DNA of 63,292 bases, from the NCBI GenBank assembly GCA_944363915.1, contig CALVVR010000001.1, forward strand, positions 1 to 63,292, read 5' to 3'. Source of the DNA: an uncultured Bacilli bacterium (GTDB lineage: Bacteria; Bacillota_I; Bacilli_A; RF39; UBA660). The notes beneath the pieces were generated by a model that searched no databases, was not told the DNA's origin, and worked only from the letters and a program-made list of their open reading frames with translations. Shown in pieces: positions 59,572-63,292 of the stretch (positions within the stretch are counted from its first letter, which is position 1; every line of letters begins with the position of its first letter). The position numbers and the translations under genes were made by a program.

Positions 59572-60430
59572 TTTTTATAAGTATTTGGAAAATAAAGGTT
59601 ATTCTTTAAATACTATAAAAAGTTATGAAAAAGATTTAAATCAATTTTGTGAATTTTCTAAAGATATCGATATTAAAAAAATTGATTATAATTTTATTAG
59701 AAAATATTTGCAATTTTTATATGATAAGAAATATACTAGCAAAAGTGTTAGTCGCCATATTAGTAGTTTAAAAAGTTTTTTTAAGTATTTAACAAAATTG
59801 GGAAAAATTAAAGAAAATCCTTGTTTATTAATAAGTAGTCCTAAAATAGAAAAAAAACTGCCTAATTATATAAATTATAATGATCTAGAAGTATTGTTTA
59901 GTATACCTGATAAAAATGATGTTTTAGGGTTACGTAATTTACTTATTTTAGAACTATTATATTCGTGTGGTGTTAGAGTTAGTGAATTAGTTAATATTAA
60001 ATTAACTGATATTGACTTTAGTAATAATCGAATTTTAATTTTAGGAAAAGGCAATAAAGAAAGGTATGTTTTGTATGGAAGTGTTTGTCAAAAATTATTA
60101 GATGAATATATAAACAATAGTCGTAGCAAACTAAATAAAAATAGTGATTATTTATTACTGAATAAATTTGGTAATAAAATAACTGATCGTGCAATTAGAA
60201 TGATTATTGATGATATTGTTAAAAAAAGTAGTTTAAAATTGAATATTTCACCTCATACATTAAGACATACATTCGCAACCCACTTATTAAATGAAGGCGC
60301 TGATTTAAAAATAGTTCAAGAATTATTAGGTCATGAAAATATATCGACAACTGGTATATACACACATGTTTCTAATGAACACTTAAGGCATGTTTATTTA
60401 GATGCTCATCCAAGAGCAAAAAAGGAGTAA
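59552..60430 (+). CDS. Tyrosine site-specific recombinase, XerC/XerD family
   Basis: An N-terminal SAM-like core-binding domain (YLENKGYSLNTIKSYEKDL) is present. The catalytic motifs are ELLYSCGVRVSEL, HTLRHTFATHLL and LGHENISTTGIYTHV. The start is GTG at 59552 or 59543. Confidence 0.88.
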   Translation: MKKEIVDFYKYLENKGYSLNTIKSYEKDLNQFCEFSKDIDIKKIDYNFIRKYLQFLYDKKYTSKSVSRHISSLKSFFKYLTKLGKIKENPCLLISSPKIEKKLPNYINYNDLEVLFSIPDKNDVLGLRNLLILELLYSCGVRVSELVNIKLTDIDFSNNRILILGKGNKERYVLYGSVCQKLLDEYINNSRSKLNKNSDYLLLNKFGNKITDRAIRMIIDDIVKKSSLKLNISPHTLRHTFATHLLNEGADLKIVQELLGHENISTTGIYTHVSNEHLRHVYLDAHPRAKKE

Positions 60431-60432
60431 TT

Positions 60433-61053
60433 ATGGCAAAATTATATTTTAATTATGGTGCGATGAGTGCTGGAAAAACAATCGAAGTTATAACAACCGC
60501 TTACAAATATAATTCAAGAGGAATGAAGGCTTTAGTTATAAAACCTTCTGTTGATACTAAGGGTTGTGACTTGGTTACTTCAAGAATTGGTATGTCTAAA
60601 AAAGTTGATATTTTATTAAAATCAGAAGAAAGTTTATTTGAATATTTAAAAAATTATAGTGATATTACTTGTTTAGTTATTGATGAGGCTCAATTTTTAA
60701 CAGAAACACAAGTCTTAGAACTAGTTATTATTACTAAAGATTGGAATATTCCTGTTATATGTTATGGCTTGAAAGTTGATTTTCAAGGAAAATTATTTCC
60801 TGGTAGTGAGGCTTTACTTAGATATGCTGATTCATTACAAGAATTAGTTGCTGTTTGTGGATGTGGCAAAAAAGCCAGGTTTAACGCTCGTAAAGTTAAT
60901 GGTGAGTATGTTTTTGATGGGGATCAAGTTTTAATTGGCGAAGATGAATCTTATGATCCATTATGTGAAACCTGCTTTATGAATAAAGTTTTAAAACCGT
61001 ATTCAGAGCAATTTCAAAAAATATATTATCAATCAAAAAAAATTAAGGAGTAA
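60433..61053 (+). CDS. tdk: Thymidine kinase
   Basis: The P-loop GAMSAGKT, VIDEAQF and a zinc ribbon CGCGKKA...CETC are present. Confidence 0.93.
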   Translation: MAKLYFNYGAMSAGKTIEVITTAYKYNSRGMKALVIKPSVDTKGCDLVTSRIGMSKKVDILLKSEESLFEYLKNYSDITCLVIDEAQFLTETQVLELVIITKDWNIPVICYGLKVDFQGKLFPGSEALLRYADSLQELVAVCGCGKKARFNARKVNGEYVFDGDQVLIGEDESYDPLCETCFMNKVLKPYSEQFQKIYYQSKKIKE

Positions 61054-61055
61054 TT

Positions 61056-62726
61056 ATGAAAAAAATAATATTTATAATTTTTACATTTTTGTTTTGTACA
61101 AGTACAGCTTTAGCTACTAATCATATTTATGATATCGACATGGAAATATATGTTGATAAAAATGGGACAGCCTCTATTACTGAAACCTGGATAGTTGATG
61201 GTAGTGATGGAACTGAATGGTATAAAGTGTATAATAATTTAGGTAATTCAGAATTAACTGATTTTAAAGTTAGTATGGATGGTAATCCTCTCACTTATAA
61301 AAAATGGGATGTCGATGAATCATTGAGTGAAAAAAAAGGGTACTATGGAATAAATTATACTTCTAATGGTTTAGAGTTATGTTTTGGAAAATATGATTAT
61401 AACCGTCATGAATTTACTTTAAACTATAAGATATCTAATTTTGTTTTAAATACTAGTGATTCACAAGTTATTTATTGGAATTTGATAGATAGATTATCTT
61501 CTGTTGATTTTGAAAATTTTTCTATTGTTTTATCTAGTTACTATGAATTTCCTAATGATTTACCAGTTTGGGGATATGGACATAAAGGTTATGCTTATGT
61601 AGAAAATGGAAAAATATATATGTCTAATGAAGATGATATGAATGGTCAATATGTTGTTTTATTAGCTAAGTTTCCTTTAAATACATTTAATACAACTAAT
61701 AGTAGTTCCCGTTATGATACATTTGATGATGTATTAACAGCTGCAGAAAATGGTTCTTTTGATTATGATTACTCATATGAAAGCAGTAGTGACATTAATC
61801 CTATTTTTGCCATATTTATAACTATTTATACACTTTTTATGATTGCTTTACCTTTTATATTAATTCGTATGTTAACCAATTCTAGTAAATATGGCTTCAT
61901 TAATAATAAAACTATCACTAAAAAAAATACCCCTTATTTTAGGGATATTCCTTGCAATAAAGATATCTATTATGCCAATGCTTTAATCCAATTGAATAAT
62001 TTTAATAATTCTAAAGCAAGTATTTTAGGTGCGATTTTACTTAAATGGGTTAAAGAAGAAAAAATAATAGTAATTAAAAATAATGAAGATACATCTTTGA
62101 AATTTAATCCAGAACTTAAAATTGAACAAGCTAATGAAAAAAGATTATATCAGATGATGTATGAAGCTAGTAAAGATGGTGTATTGGAAAAAAAAGAATT
62201 AGAAAAGTGGGCTAAAAAAAATTATAGTAAATATTTAAATTTACTTAGTCAAATTAAAGATGATAAAATTAATGAATTAAAAAATGAAGGACATATATAC
62301 AAAAGAAAAAATAAACAAGAATGTAAATATAAAAATGTCATGGATGATGTTTTATATGAAGATTCTAAAAAACTATATGGTTTGAAATTATTTTTAGAAG
62401 ATTTTTCTTCGATTGATACCAAAGAAGTTATTGAAGTTCATTTATGGGATGAATATTTGATGTTTGCTTATCTATTTGGTATTGCTGATAAAGTGGCTAA
62501 GCAATTAAAAAATATGTATCCTGAATATATTGAGTCCTTAGATAATAACATTGATTTTGACACGATTATTTTCTTCAACACTATTTCAACTAGATCAATT
62601 TCAGCAGCTAATAGTGCTAGAGCAAGTGCGGAGTCTTATTCTTCTTATTCATCTGGTGGGGGAGGTTTCTCATCAGGTGGCGGTGGAGGCGGTTCCTTCG
62701 GTGGTGGAGGCGGAGGAAGTCGCTAA
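61056..62726 (+). CDS. DUF2207-family membrane protein with Gly-rich C-terminal tail
   Basis: A signal peptide, YDIDMEIYVDKNGTASITETWIV and a central TM are present. The terminal SGGGGFSSGGGGGGSFGGGGGGSR is typical of DUF2207 proteins. Confidence 0.7.
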   Translation: MKKIIFIIFTFLFCTSTALATNHIYDIDMEIYVDKNGTASITETWIVDGSDGTEWYKVYNNLGNSELTDFKVSMDGNPLTYKKWDVDESLSEKKGYYGINYTSNGLELCFGKYDYNRHEFTLNYKISNFVLNTSDSQVIYWNLIDRLSSVDFENFSIVLSSYYEFPNDLPVWGYGHKGYAYVENGKIYMSNEDDMNGQYVVLLAKFPLNTFNTTNSSSRYDTFDDVLTAAENGSFDYDYSYESSSDINPIFAIFITIYTLFMIALPFILIRMLTNSSKYGFINNKTITKKNTPYFRDIPCNKDIYYANALIQLNNFNNSKASILGAILLKWVKEEKIIVIKNNEDTSLKFNPELKIEQANEKRLYQMMYEASKDGVLEKKELEKWAKKNYSKYLNLLSQIKDDKINELKNEGHIYKRKNKQECKYKNVMDDVLYEDSKKLYGLKLFLEDFSSIDTKEVIEVHLWDEYLMFAYLFGIADKVAKQLKNMYPEYIESLDNNIDFDTIIFFNTISTRSISAANSARASAESYSSYSSGGGGFSSGGGGGGSFGGGGGGSR

Positions 62727-62750
62727 AAGTCTAGTTAATAGACTTTTTTT
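62727..62750 (+). terminator. Rho-independent terminator after the DUF2207 gene
   Basis: The stem AAGTCTA/TAGACTT is followed by T7. Confidence 0.65.
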
Positions 62751-62874
62751 GTTAAATGAATGTAAAAAATTTCCGTGTGTGTAATTTATTCATTGACTAA
62801 ATAGTTAACTTATTATAAAATTAATATATAAAGTAGGGAAGATATTTCCTACTAGAAAGAGATGAGTTTTTTAA

Positions 62875-63292
62875 ATGAAGAAAGGATTTACATTAATCGA
62901 GTTATTAGCCGTAATTATTATATTAGCTATCATAGCATTAATAGCCACACCAATTATATTAAATGTTATTAATGATGCACGTGCATCTGCAGGAAGATCT
63001 GAAGCAAATATGATATATAGTGGTATAAATAACTACTGTGCTACATCAGCTATGGAACAAGAGTTAAATGGAACGGAAAACATATGCGCTGATGGGATAA
63101 CAAAAGAAGAAGTATCACAAATGGTCAACTTAGGAAATGCTGATGTTGAAAGTGTTACTTATAGTAATGGAAAATTAACAAGTTTAGTAATCAATAGTAA
63201 CACTCATAAATTCACATTATGTGGTGATGGAAGTTTTGTAATGGATGAAGAAGAATGTGGCGTTAAACCACCAGATGTTGCAATTACTACCG
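62875..63292 (+). CDS. Type IV pilin-like protein (prepilin N-terminal methylation domain), 3'-partial at the window edge
   Basis: MKKG|FTLIELLAVIIILAIIALIATPIILNVINDARAS is present. The frame stays open to the end of the window and contains 4 Cys. It is absent from the ORF track because no stop is reached. Confidence 0.85.
   Translation, partial: MKKGFTLIELLAVIIILAIIALIATPIILNVINDARASAGRSEANMIYSGINNYCATSAMEQELNGTENICADGITKEEVSQMVNLGNADVESVTYSNGKLTSLVINSNTHKFTLCGDGSFVMDEEECGVKPPDVAITT

Noticed and set aside
59552-60430. The tyrosine recombinase as the integrase of a prophage or integrative element.
   Set aside because: It has XerC/XerD-type domain organisation. No flanking direct repeats, tRNA gene, excisionase or phage/conjugation genes are present, and tdk and housekeeping genes are adjacent.
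62551-62784. A 77-aa plus-strand ORF overlapping the end of the DUF2207 gene.
   Set aside because: It is an alternative frame across the Gly-rich tail. The DUF2207 frame explains the region, and a terminator follows its stop.
1-63292. CRISPR arrays, rRNA/tRNA genes, or an alternative genetic code (TGA=Trp).
   Set aside because: No regularly spaced direct repeats or tRNA/rRNA-like sequences were seen in intergenic regions. Long conserved genes (rpoB, rpoC, dnaE, glmS) are intact under the standard code. TGA terminates some well-supported genes, for example rsmE and the hypothetical gene ending at 59571.

Overview
This is a very AT-rich, cell-walled, low-GC Bacillota-type chromosome segment, Erysipelotrichia-like or Mollicutes-related by gene content. 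It uses the standard genetic code: rpoB and rpoC read through without in-frame TGA. Most of the window is housekeeping: rimM-trmD; secE-nusG-rplKAJL-methyltransferase-rpoBC; rpmB; dnaE; trxA-rsmE-mtaB; recD2; glmS with its ribozyme; murG-murB-divIB-ftsA-ftsZ; comEA-comEC; murT-gatD-ppa; xer recombinase; tdk. I recognised no rRNA, tRNA or CRISPR array. Accessory or unusual content is interspersed. (1) An ISL3 transposase remnant, an ABC/FtsX pair, an Hpt-REC fusion and a PD-(D/E)XK 'transposase' lie at the left end. (2) A 1266-aa cysteine-rich secreted protein is followed by decayed type IV pilin-like genes. Further pilin genes or remnants lie after dnaE and at the right edge. (3) A dockerin-bearing GH73 peptidoglycan hydrolase sits next to a membrane-anchored cohesin-like protein. 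(4) A MurT/GatD pair has a GatD with no cysteine at all. (5) A DUF1016/YhcG nuclease gene is followed by a mosaic, internally duplicated dead copy. I cannot point to a clean multi-gene 'new system'. The best candidates for novelty are the cohesin-dockerin autolysin tether, the Cys-rich giant protein plus pilin family, and the degenerate GatD. All coordinates of small elements were counted by hand, and family assignments rest on motif recognition rather than searches.
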